A DNA stretch of 64,000 nt from assembly GCA_964187785.1 (NCBI GenBank), contig OZ076420.1, positions 2,728,001-2,792,000 on the forward strand, given 5' to 3'. A program made the position numbers and the translations under genes. Source of the DNA: Amphiscolops sp. MND2022 (lineage: Eukaryota). The notes below the pieces were generated by a model that saw only the letters and a list, made by a program, of their open reading frames with translations, had not been told where the DNA came from and did no database searches. Positions 1 through 12,900 of the stretch are shown here, one piece after another. Every line of letters starts with the position of its first letter. The first letter of the stretch is position 1.

Positions 1-420
1 AGTGATTTCTAATATTATTTTCATTCCCAATAAAGAAAATCCAAGATTTTACAACGTGTTGACACCTTTTATTAAAAATACTCTCAAAAACTTCAGCAAA
101 AATCTTGTTTTCTTTTCACGTGTTAAAAATGACTCATCACTGATCAAGACGGCCAAAATTGTTTTACAAGTCGGTTAAAAAGAGCACCAATGAAATGGAA
201 AATAGAAGGTAATTGGCTCGCCAACGCTATTGGCAAAACTAACAAAAATGAATATTTTTGGCAAGATTTGCAGAAGTGCAATCATACAAGAAAAATACTA
301 ACTAATACCCATGAATTGATGAGGCGACAGCAAAGTTTGTCAATATATTCTGGTTTTCTGATCCAACTTTTGAACATATTTTAAGGAAGTCCGTTTTTTC
401 TAATCAATTTGTATTTGATC

Positions 421-785
421 AAAATAGGCCCCTGCGGGGCACAGTATTATTTCTGCTTTTAGGCTTCCATGTTCAATAATAGAAGCATATCTTGGTCATT
501 TATATAGCGCACAATTAATCAGTAACAGTTTACACCGCCTTTAATTCTTCTCGGATTAAAGAAAATATAACTACCAAGAGTAGACGAAGTTTCGTATTCG
601 CATTTGAAGGCAGGCGAAGCTCTCGGCGAACGACTAATTAACACTCGTTCGCTTCATCTCAATTACTCGGCGTGCGAAAGCATAATTACCACTCGCTCGT
701 TCCATCGCACGACAAACGAATTGTCGGCAGCTTGAGAAATTCAAGTCTCACGCTTATACTCACTGCCGAAAAAAATATCTGAATC
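421..785. repeat. Dispersed ~370-440 bp repeat, family H (Helitron/Helentron-like), copy 1
   Basis: Starts aaaataggcccc-N3-ggggc; homologous to 9128-9523, 62768-63213 and 63299-63668. Confidence 0.85.
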
Positions 786-1814
786 GCAGAAATTGGTTTA
801 ATCGGATTAAAATGAAAATTTTTAAATTCGATTCAAAACCAACCTTGCAGTCGTAATAATAGAGTTCTAAAGCGTAAAACTACAGTTCTAGAGTAGTTTT
901 CTAAAGCGTTTTAACTTAAGCGTAAAAATACATTTGACTTTCCGGAACGGAAAAAAATCGCCTCCATGGACAAAAATAATTAGAATCACGAAAAATCAAA
1001 AACATGTCGTCCGATCCTTCCTAGGCTGATGTTATACCCGAATTACGTCATACATTTTCTACTTGGAAGCCGTTCGCATAATCGAACGCGCTTTAAGAAG
1101 AACAAAAATAAAGCCGATCTCAAATATGATTGGTTTGCCGAAATAAGCAAACTACAACCTTTACTTTCATTCACTCCGATTGCAAAGTAAACTTGAAAAT
1201 GATCGTTTGCAAAGTTAGATAGTAATTTCATCATTCGGTAGCGGTGGCTTTAGCCGCTCGATAATATAACCGATTGGTAATATAAAAAGAATTTGCATCG
1301 ACTTTCGTTTACTCTGGTCGGTTGCGAAGTTGACAAATCACAATTGAGAATTCAATTCGATTAAACAAGCTAATACTAATTTAATTTATTTAATTTATAC
1401 AATACAAAATTCCCGAGGAAAACTACTTCGTCAGATTCGAAATGCTTGGGAGAATATCGAGGTCAAATTTATTTTGAAATCAAACTGTATAAGTGGGTCA
1501 AAAATTCCGGAAAAAAAATGTTTTGGAAATCGCTACGGACCAATAAAATGAATCCGTGAGACCTTAATTAGCCGATGAGATTTGTTATTTGCTCTCATTC
1601 CGCGTGCTATGTTGCTTCTTCTATAATTGCTCTTTTTTAATCAGTGGTAGGTCCAATAATTTTGACATAAAAATTCTCCCAAACATTTTGAATCTGACAA
1701 TGTAATTTTCCTCGCGAATATTGTAAATTGTATTAGTATGAGCTTGTTTCAAAATCGTATTTTGATACAAGTCGAATAACGTCATATCCGTATTACCTCA
1801 CATATATTCTAATT

Positions 1815-2001
1815 CTACTTGGATTGAGGAGAGTATAGAATTTTGCCGACGTTTCTAGTCTTGGGGATTCTCCGGATCACTTCCCTGAGATTGTGTCTCA
1901 TGTTGTTCACAGCCGCTTCGTCGCCTCTCGCCTCTTTCTGCTTCAGCCGAACCACGTGCTGCACTTTTTTGATCATCGAATCCGAGAATGTCAAGTAATT
2001 G
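1815..2001 (-). CDS. SPG11: SPG11 last exon (13)
   Basis: Acceptor gtgttag|C at 2002, phase 2; reads SNYLTFSDSMIKKVQH...SPQSK*. Confidence 0.65.
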
Positions 2002-5000
2002 CTAACACAACAACATTCGGGGATTACCAATAAATATCCAACATTCAGAAATTTGGTTTTGTACAATCACGGAATTTTTTCTCAAAAAATCGTTTTTTTT
2101 TCATGAGAAAAATACTATTGTGATGAATCGATTCATCATTGACAAAGTTAAATGTGTCGCGTGATCCCTGATAGTATCAGGGATCACGCGACACGTTTAA
2201 CTTGGTCAATGATGAATCGATTTCATCACATCTGATGACGCTCAATTGGTCAGTCGATCAGTATTGGGTCTCATAAGATATTGAGCAGTCAAATGGGCTC
2301 TTTTCTGTCAATCCCCCACCATCTAAATTTTTCTAGGGAAACGTACAAAAAAAATTCAAACTCGCTTTATTAGAAGAGAAATTTTAAAGTTGACTTCTAT
2401 TGGAACAGTTTTTTGTTTGAACAAAACATTTTTCATTCACTTTGAATGTGATTATGTTCATATTTACTGTTTTTTGTGACTCAAAACAGGAAGCTGTTGA
2501 TTTCTTAATCAGAAATACGTGACCTCATAGGCAAAAATAAAAAAGTGTGAACAAAGTTTGTATCTCAATTGTAAACAGTCATCCTGAGAATAAATATAAA
2601 AGAAAAGGAACTTAGTTGTAAGTGTTCTTATTCTATTATTTGCACAACTTTTTTTTCAAAAAATTCAGGTGGTTCTTACAGAAAAGTTCGAAAGCTTTCC
2701 CATAAAAACGACATCTTTCACCAAATATATATAATCGGTTATTCAATTCCCAGACAATTCCGAGTCATTCTAGCTGAGTAAAAAATTACAATCGATTCTA
2801 CATTTAAATACATTGCAAAATATATTGGTCATCCCTGAAAGCGGTGAACAGTTTGAAATCTCCTCCAATGATTACTTTTTGGCACAAAAAGCGAGGCAAC
2901 AAAACGGGCGCTTTGTCGTAAGCTTCCAGAAAGGTCATGATTTGAACAACATGCGATAGCTTGTCTAGGATCTCGAAAAAGGTCACTTCGGGGGCAGTTT
3001 GAAGGTTCATAACTGCAACCGTTTCGGGGAGCAGTTGAATTTGAAGGGCGCACAGTTTGGCTTGTTTCAAACAGAATCGGGCTTCCGAGAACTTTTTGTC
3101 TTGGTTGAAGCAATTATACGCCTCAAAATAGTCTTTAGCAACATCGCCCAACATCTGAGTTGCCTCGGCGGTTCCCATGGTAACTGAGAATTTATACTTG
3201 ACGGTATTGGCCGCGCGTTCCCGAAGAACTTTGGCATACTCCTGAATGAAGTTTAGCTTTTTAAGGTAGACCTTTGATGGAGATGAGAGATGACCCTACT
3301 ACCCTTGTTTTTCGGAAATCACAAATTTTGCAAATTTGTTAAATGTTGAATATCTCTTACAAAAATCTGATAGTAAAATCTAGAATTTTGCAAAAGATGT
3401 GAATTTTTTCAACTAGGGTATAATCATTTACTGTATAATTTATTATAGCTTTTGCTATTAATTAATAAATAGTATTCTATTATAGATCCTATTTTTTGCC
3501 AATAGTATGATTATAGCTTCAATCCTTGCGCCCATCTAGGGTAGTCAGCTAGAGAAAAGTTGATTTTTTGAAAAAAAACGAAACATTAAAGACCATGAAT
3601 TAATTCTTATAACATTCAACGATGAGTCGAGTTTTCAAATTTCGAGGCAAAATTCTCATTCTTCTATTCCATCATCTCAAAAATAAATCATTATTATTGA
3701 CTTATATTTTCGTTTAAATATTTCTTTCGGTAACCCTGTAATAGGCTACAATAGAATTTCGAGCTATGGTCATCTCTGACTTTTGACTGCAAAGTTTCTT
3801 TCTGCTGTAGCAAGTGGGGCAAAATGAAGATTCGCAGCTCCAGCGCCGTTTCGGGATGGTTGTCTATGAAATCTAGCAAACATTTTCTATGTGACAAGAG
3901 TTGCACTACTTCTATACACAATACTCTATCGTGTGTCAGACATTTCAAGCAATGCACCGCTAGGTTGTAGTCGAAATGGGATCTCAAAACGGCCGTTAGG
4001 TTCGTGGAAATGGCTTCGAATTTTTTGACAGTACTCAGATGGAATGTTTTGCCCAAAAGTTCCAGAACATGGTTCATTAAACTCACAGCCGCGTAGTACT
4101 GTTGGGATTTGAGGAGGTCGAAAGACAAGCGACACATTTTCTCCATCAGCATCTGTTTGTCGGGCATGAGTTGAAGCAGGTTGTTGAACTTGGGAGTTGA
4201 TCAGGGTTGGAAAAAAGTTTTTATTGAAAAACAGAGCCGCATGTGCGGTAACATTAGAGTGCATAGGCAAGCTTACTTTGCTCAAAGCGCAACTTTGAGT
4301 TTTCAATACCTCGGATTCCACGACCATGCCTTTAACCGTGCAAACATGGCAAATTACGTCAATTACGGCACAGAATTTTGTGTGTCCCGAATTCCACGAC
4401 AAGCAGCAAAATAGCTTGCCTATGCACTGTAATGAAAGAAGTCGGAAACGGGTTAAAATATTGAAAAACAATGCTACTTTGTCATTTCGTCATTTTTGGC
4501 TATGTTTCTCAGATCCCAGAAATACGATTTTGATGCCATAACTGAAAAAAAAATCGTTCGAATCGCACGGTCAGTTTTTGAGAAAATCAAAAAAGTATAT
4601 TTTTGGACTAATTTTGGCTGTTTCTCAGATCCCAGTCATACAATTTTAATGCCAATGCGCACGCAAAGAATGACATTCAGAAAGAATGACATTCAGAAAG
4701 GACATTCTGCTGGTCCAATATTGATCATTTAGTTGAAATGTGGTACAAATGGATCAGAGGAATAATACGAGAAACAACCCCTCTTAGAACTAAACATCGA
4801 TCAAACCTTCCCCCATGGGTAACGTCTTCAACGTCGCACCTTATTAAGAAACTTAACACTGCGAAAAAACAGAATAGCAAATCAAAAATAGAAAAACTTG
4901 AAAAAGTTGTCTCACTGGCCCTGGTCAATGACCAAAAATCCTATGAAGAACATCTTTCAGATGGCAGAAATACCAACCGGTTGTTTAAGTTTTATCGCCA

Positions 5001-6921
5001 ACTGAATCGCTCCTCCTTGCCATCCTCAATGTTCCTTGCTAATGAAACACACACAACAAACCTCGGCAAAGCATCGCTATTTGCCAAGTTCTTCTCAAGT
5101 GTTTATTTCGAGTCCACGAAATTCAATCCAGACCAAGAGATTCCAGAATGTCAGTTCCCTATCATTACAAAACTTGAAGTCAACTTAGAAGAAATCTGCC
5201 AAATTTGCGATAGTTTGAACATCAGTAAAAGTAAAGGACCTGACCTCCTGCCGCCGATTGTTTTTGCAAAGTGTTCAAATTCTTTATCAAAATCTGTGTA
5301 TCAACTCATTTCAAAATCGCTACAGCTTGCCAAGTTCCCAACCTCGTGGAAGATTTCCGTTGTAAGTCCTATCCACAAAAAAGGAAACAAGTGTGATGTT
5401 ACAAATTATCGCCCAGTTTCTCTTCTGTGCATAATTTCCAAAATCATGGAAATTTTTCTCTTCATGAAGCTGTATGAACACTACCAAGATCAACTGCACA
5501 ACTCGCAATTCGGCTTTAGAAAGGGACGCTCGAGTTCCCTAAATCTGTTGGTTTATTTGGACGAAATTTATAGAGCCTTAACGGAAAAGCAACAAATTAG
5601 TGTAGTATACACAGACTTTGAAAAAGCGTTCGATCGGGTAGATCATGGCCTTCTATTGCAAAAACTGTTTCGAACAGGAATAAGAGGCAAACTTCTCAGT
5701 TTACTTGACTCGTACCTTCAAAACAGATTTCAAATGGTGAAAGTGGATGACGCTACATCACAACCATTTCCTGCAACCAGTGGAGTAGCACAAGGCGGCA
5801 TATTATCTTCACTATTTTTCAACATATTTATCAACGATCTTCCTCACATATGTCGGTTTACCTGGGCGATTCTTTATGCAGACGATGCAAAGTTCATATG
5901 TCTCAACTTAACATTATTAGAAAAACAAGAAGAATTGAACAATATTTTCATTTGGAGCGTGGATAATTTTATTAATTTTAACCTTGACAAATGTGGCCAG
6001 CTCTGCTTCACGAACGAAAACCATGATCAGTTGACTTTCGGCGGAGCGCCATTACAATCAAAGGACCAAGAAACAGACCTTGGTGTAATTATCACGAAAT
6101 CCCTGAGTTGGGTTCCACATTTCAAGTCGAGAGCCGAAAAGGCCTACAGAGTCTTTTACATGATCAAGAGAAACTCTCCCAGCCTAAGTAGCCAACACAA
6201 ACTAAATTTATACAAGAGCATGATCTTGCCAATTCTCACACACTCATCGATCATACTACCATTGAACGTGGAATGCATGAGAATCCTCGAAAGAGTTCAG
6301 AAGAAAGTCTGCAATTGGATTATTCCAGATAGTAGCTATAAGGACTGCCTTATCAAACTGAATATACTACCCGTCCCGTTTTACTTTCAACTGCTGGATC
6401 TCTTATATCTCTCGAAAATACTGACACAAAATATCAACTATGATTTTTCTGACAAATTTAACTATTACAACGAATATACTTATCACACGAGACTAGAACC
6501 CTATCGTTTCTTGCAAGAAAGCAGGCCTAAACCCGCTACTGCAGAACAAAATTTTTGGTTCCGAGCGAAACGTCTAGCCATGCAATTACCATCTCCAATT
6601 GACATTCGTGAGTATGATACTCTAAAACCGAAGCTGCTCTACTGGATGTGGCGTGAGTTTCTCGAAACCTTTGATGAACTGAACACTTGCACTTGGAGAA
6701 TGAAATGCGACTGTGTGGCAAAAAATTGCAGACTTTTGAACAACTGAAACCCTGACTCTCCTACGCAAGGTTTCTGAAACAGACTACTGCTTCTAGAACA
6801 ATGTTGGACTTTGATAATTTCTAACTGAAGTTTCAAATTTGTACACTCAATACATTATACAGTGTGCCACTTGATATATCTGGAAGGGGTTAAACCCCGT
6901 GTGGTGAAAACCACAGAATTC

Positions 6922-6952
<31 letters not shown>

Positions 6953-9900
6953 TTGTACGAAATTTTATAAAAAATAGTATGTACAGTTGTTGAGAAACTG
7001 TTTCATTGAAAGGTCGGGAGGAAAAATGGTACGATTGCATAAGTAGTCGAAATTTTTCCTCCTAAAACACGTTTTATACGTTTAAAACCAATTCAAAAGT
7101 TTTATTCGTTCAAAACACGGACAGTTTTGAAGTCTCTCGCGAGTCTGTTGCTAAGATCGGAAAGAACAAAACCCGTGGTTGAAAATACTCGCTCTAGACC
7201 CCCGCTACTGGGCGCCATGGACAGTAGATCTAGCGCGAACTCCATGAGAATTGTAGGATAGGCTCCCAAAATATTCTGGGATTTGATGAAATTGAGGATC
7301 TTTACATTGGGAGCCCTCTCAAATGATCTCTGAATATCTACTTTTGAAAAAAAAACGTTGAAAAAACGCTGGAAAAACAATTTGAAAATTACAAGTGATT
7401 AACAAGTCGGGAACGGCCCAAGTAGGCGCCCCGCTCAAGGTTCAAAATGTAAAGTTTTAAATAAACAAAAGGACATTATTGTAAATATTTTATAAAGTTT
7501 TAAGAGAAAAAATATTCATTGCAAATGCACGGAAAAGTTTCTGGCTGAAGCAGGGACTCGAACCTGCGACCGTTAGATTCCCACTAAACCGATTAACCTC
7601 TGTACCAAAAGTGGTACATACAGGGTGAGCTCTGTGGTCTGACGAACAAACAAGACGGAACGTCTAAAGTCGGCGCTATATCTAAGGCTCAAAAAGCGCA
7701 AGTCTTTTTGAAAAAAAAACTTGAAATTTTTATTTTTTTTTCTTTCAGAAAATGTCGCATAGTGCCGAAAAATGTAAAAGGGGGACCCTTTGGGCTTTAT
7801 TAACATATATTCTGTTGCAAAATATCAAAAAACTCGAAAGGGGGACTTTTTTGAGACATTAAAAAAATTTCGAAAAAAGTCGCAAAATGCCGAAAAAAAA
7901 TCGAAAGGGGGGACCCTTTAGTCTCGTCCGGTTTTGTAGGTTACGTTTAAAAAAGTAAAAAATGAAAGGGGAGCCTTTTGCACTAATTTCCGCTGACCGG
8001 ACTTGGCCTTATGGTAGTAATTTTAGTAGTTTTGATTGTAAGAAAAGTGGACCAATCAGAGTGAGATTGTAGTCTGACGAAAAAAAAACTAGCCACTGTA
8101 ACATTCGGGCTCTTTTCACTAGAAAAGCGCCGACTAAAAACTAGCCACTGTACTAGTTGGACAATTTTTGTCAAAAGCGCCGACCAAAAACAGCCTTTTT
8201 TTCAACATGTTTATTCAGCCAACCCTGATGTTGATAGTTGAGTTTCGATCGCGTTCTCTGGTTTGGTAGTAAGAGAACATAAACTGGAGGCAGCATTTCA
8301 CAACCATTTCGCCACTGACAGCGTTCGATGCCACTAGATCATGAATCAAACTGTGCTGCTCAGACTCGAGGCATTTCAGAATAGCCGAATGGATGTCGCA
8401 ACCGGCTCGTTTCAGGATCTTATTCCACTGATGGTATTCGCAATACATACGCATAAAAGGCGCGCAGTGGGGGTAGTATTGGGAACACATAGATGTTATC
8501 AAATTAGTCACCGGTTGTTGATTGTTGCTAACCAATCTGAGATCCATGAATCTTGAAAAATCAGCCAGGGTTATTTTATCCTCCAGAAGAAGCAAAGAAG
8601 CAATGACGAAACGGACAGCCGGTAAAGACTTACCGTAGTAAACACAAATTGTGATGGCCAAGTCAAAGCTCTGTCTTCTAATAAACTCGTTAACTAGGTT
8701 TGTAAATAATTGATCCGACATTCCTTTGCGAACTTGAAGATATTCCTTCAAGGGTTGCTTTTCCAATGCCGTCATGAGCGTTTTCATTTTAGCGAACAGC
8801 GAAAACTTTTTCAGCAAAAGTGAGTCATAGATTTCGATCGCTTTTTCAGAGTTAGTCGGGTCCGAGTCATTGTAGCATAACTCAACATATTTGAGCAACG
8901 AATCCACTTGAAGCTGATTCGAAACTGGTTCGGAAAGAGGAAGATTCATAGTCAGCAAAAACGTGAGTTCCGTGATCGAAAGATTCTTCTGCGTGATTAT
9001 ATGTTTGACCATGTCGTTCAAACTCATCCCGTAGGTTGCAACGTTGCTTTTCAACATCGCTTCGAAAAAGTATTCCCGCACAACGGGGGAACACGCCTGG
9101 AACAATGATGTACATTTATACATTTTTAAAATAGGCCCCTCTGGGGCTCAGTAAGTATTATTTCTGCTTTAATCTTTCATTTTCAATAATAGAATCATAT
9201 CTGGAATACCAATACACTCCTGTTTAATCACTATTTAGCGCACAATTAATCACTGTACCAGTTTATACCGCCTTGAATTCTTCTCGGACTAAAGCAAATA
9301 TAACTACTAAGCGTAAACAAAGTTTCGCATTCGCATTTGAATGCAGGCGTCGCTCTCGGCGAACGAATAATGAACACTCGTTCGCCTCATCTCAATGACG
9401 TCAGCGTACGAATGCATGATTACCACTCGCTCGTTCCATCGCACGAGAAACGAATTATTGTCTGCAGCTTGAGAAATTTGAATCTCACGCTTATACTCAC
9501 TGCCGAATAAAAAATACCTGAATTTTTCAGTAGATACAAAAATTTTAATGAAAAAAAGTGGAAATCTTGATGTTTCAATAATATTCCGTCTATCGCAGAA
9601 ATGAAATTATCACATTAGAACCGATATCATTTACACATTATGTCTTGTATCAGAAAGTATGTTTTTTAGTTCAATTTGAAACATTTCAAACTTTTGGGCC
9701 ACTTTTGTTCAAAAAACGCTTTTTACTTAAAAACAACATGCCCTAATTACTAGAAAATTCCTAGATTTGTTTCATCCATTTCGTGTGGACCTTGAAAAGG
9801 CCAAAAAATTTTTTTCAAACCATTTTCGATGTTATCAGTTGATGTCCATTTATATAATTTCAAAATTCAAATTTAAATACGAATAGTGAGTTCTTGAGAA

Positions 9901-12900
9901 AGAAATTTAAATCGGGCGAATGAATTTTTACAAAATTTAAATGACATCAACTCAAACTGAGTCGAGATGTATCGAGGAAGTTTTCAGTCTGTTTCTCCGA
10001 TTTTCTGTGAAAAAAGCTGATTTTGAAACTGCTCTTTCGACATTCGCGGGTGATGATAGTATACTCAGATTGCTTTTCAGTCTACCCATGACTAGGGTAA
10101 ATTAATGACGCAATCTCTTCTTAATGACGCAATTAAAGTCGCTGAATCGTTCTTGTGAAGACCATTTCTAACTTCAAAATTGACCATTTAAGCTGCATCA
10201 TTTGAATGGTTAACCCTAAATGGACGATAGGGTCGAATTCGTACCAGTTAATTTCTGCAAACTTCTGAAGGCACCAGCTGACTGTATGGCGAAGAAAACT
10301 CTTGAATAAAAATTTCAGACGATATTACAGCATTGCATGCATTTTGAAATATGCTGAAATTAAGTGGCGCGCAAGGTTTTTGGCGCAAAGTCTGGCGAAA
10401 CCCAGCAATTCAGAAATCAATTTGAAAGCCCTGATTGTCTTCTTTCGAATAGTAAGACATTGCGTTTTAAAGTTTAAGTACCAGATTTCTGGATGGGTCC
10501 GGAAATTTCCTCGTCCATGTAGTGTTAATAGTTAAATCAATGGAAAATTTTCTTTAGTTTAAATTGCAAAAAATAAATGTTCGACTCTTTTTTCTGTTTT
10601 CCCCCACCACCATTTTTTGCACAATTAGTGAAAATTTTCTCATTTAAAAAAGACTTGAATACAAACCAGAAACCTTCAATTTCAATTCATTTCCAGGGTG
10701 ACAATTTGCAATTGAGATATCAAATTCATTCACACTGTTTTTCCTTATGTAGTCACTCATTTTTTATTAGAAAATTAGGAGCTTCCTGTTTTGAGTCAGA
10801 AAAAAAACAGTGAATACCATCAAAATTATAGTTAAAATGTGTGAAAAATATTTTGTCGGAACAAAAAACTTTTCCAATAGACAGATTTCCTGTTATGAAA
10901 GAAGGTTTTACTTCAAATTAAGCTAGTCTGAAATTAAGGAAATTTACTCTCAACAATTTTGGTGGTGGGGGTTTTGTTAAACAGAAAAGAGCCAAATGTT
11001 CATCACTGGCCTGGACAATGTCGCAATTGACGGCAGAGAATTCCACGTCCATGAGAAGAGTGGAGAAGTCCAGACCTTCAGCCAGAGCCAGCTTCAACAA
11101 ATCCACGGCATCGTCAGTCATGCCTAGACGCCCCAAAATGTTACCAGAAAAAAACAATTCTCGAAAAATTACAACCATCTTACATTCCAGTGGTTCGAAT
11201 TCCACGCTATTTCATGTAACAATGTGTTTGATTTCATGTTGTGGAAAGGCTCCTTAAAAGTTCTTTCAAATCGTAAAAAGTTTTTGAAAAATCGAAAGAA
11301 GTCCAAAATTGGCTGTTTTTTTTGTCATTTTTGGGCTAATTTTGGCTATGTTTCTCAGATCCCAGTCATTCAATTTTGATGTTATGGTGCACACAGGGGC
11401 ACCTTTGGGTGCAGAATGACTGTGCTAAATTTTATGAAAATCGTCTGGACAATGAGAATTTTAAATATTCTTTGAAAGGTCTGGAGAAAAAAACGGGAGA
11501 AAAATCCTGCGGCGTCTATCCCAACCTCGTGACATTTCCTCAGTTATGGCAGCGTGAACAAGTTTCCCAACTCTGGCTCTATCCGGGAAATTCTGGCGCA
11601 TGTCCAGTTTGAAGTGGAACGGAATCCTGGAATCGTACATGAGGATGTAAAGATTGGCAAGTCCGTAATTGCGCAGAAACTCTTTCAACGGAGCAAACGC
11701 AATCACACACTTCTTTTGGAACTCTATGTTTCGGAAATACTTGACGCAGGATTCGAAAACCTCGTCTAGAAATAGCAAGCTTGAGTCTTCTGAAGAGTTT
11801 TTGAAGTCTTCCAGGACTGTTCCATTTTCCAGTAAAAACGATTCCATGAATGTCTCGAATTTTTCCAGACATTTTTCCATGTTTGGGATCGCCAAGAGAC
11901 ATTGTATAAGCTCGTCGGTCAAGTGCGTTGATTCCAGGGGTTCGCAATCACGTCGTAGAGAAGTCAGTTTTGTGCCCAAGGTCAAAGTTTGGAGCGAGAC
12001 TTTTGTCAAAACGGAAGCATTTCGGTGTCCCTTGGTGCCTATGTTTAGTCCACATGCGTTCAGAAAGAGGTCCAAGAAAATCTCGGGCGTTACATCTCTC
12101 AGCGAGCTAAAACAAGCGGCCACAAGAATGGGTTTTTTGCACTTGCTCAACGCGTTGCATGTTTTCAAGTCGTTCGACGGTTTTATCACCCTGAGAGCCG
12201 ATGAGAAGTTGACAAACATGGAGTTCAGGGTGCTTTTGCCGTCGCTGCTAGCTGCAGACTGGGAATCGTTGTCGTCGGGAATTGAGGAAAGTTTCGAACT
12301 CGAGGGAGTGGACGAGAAAGTAACAGCTTGGGCTGTTTCGCCCTCGACTGAAATTCCTCGGGACAACTGAGGTTGCAGTCTTTTGGTCACAAATGTATGT
12401 CTTTGCATCTTAGTGGCAGCCACGACCGACTGTTTTTTCTGAGAAGCCGTCAACGTGTGGGCGATTGTCTTGTAGTTCTTCATGAAACACAGCTCCAAAT
12501 GTTCCTTCAAGGGCGAATCTTCGAGATGAGTCACAAGCGACAGAAGCTGTTTGGTTGAAAACCCAAACTTGTGGCAGAAAACAAGGATGTCGATCCAATA
12601 CATGAAGTAGTCCTTATTGTTCTCCTTGATCAAGTCCAGAATCGGGAAGTACTCCAACATGGCATGGAACAGCGCCAGGAAGAAGTTCTGATCCAGAAAC
12701 TGGATGTAATCGATGGCTGAGAGACCTCCTTTCTCCCCCACCAGGTTCCCAGCAGTTAGGAACGTGTAGTCCGTCGACTTTCTTCTGGCAATGGCAAACT
12801 TGCTGACCATCGCTTTCGACACTCTGGAGAAGGATTCGAAGTTTAGGACAGTCTTGCAAGTGGCTGGGCGGTTCTGGCCCATGAATTTGAGGAGCTGGAC

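Noticed and set aside
9097-10947. Clasps in SPG11 introns 2, 3, 4 and 9
   Set aside because: Only 6-7 nt imperfect matches were found; three of these introns have strong GTGAGT/GTAAAT donors.
11669-12370. 233-aa plus-strand ORF and other ORFs antisense to SPG11, IVD, LINE or PolB exons (e.g. 53988..54389, 18533..18922)
   Set aside because: They are antisense shadows of real coding sequence with no recognisable motifs.
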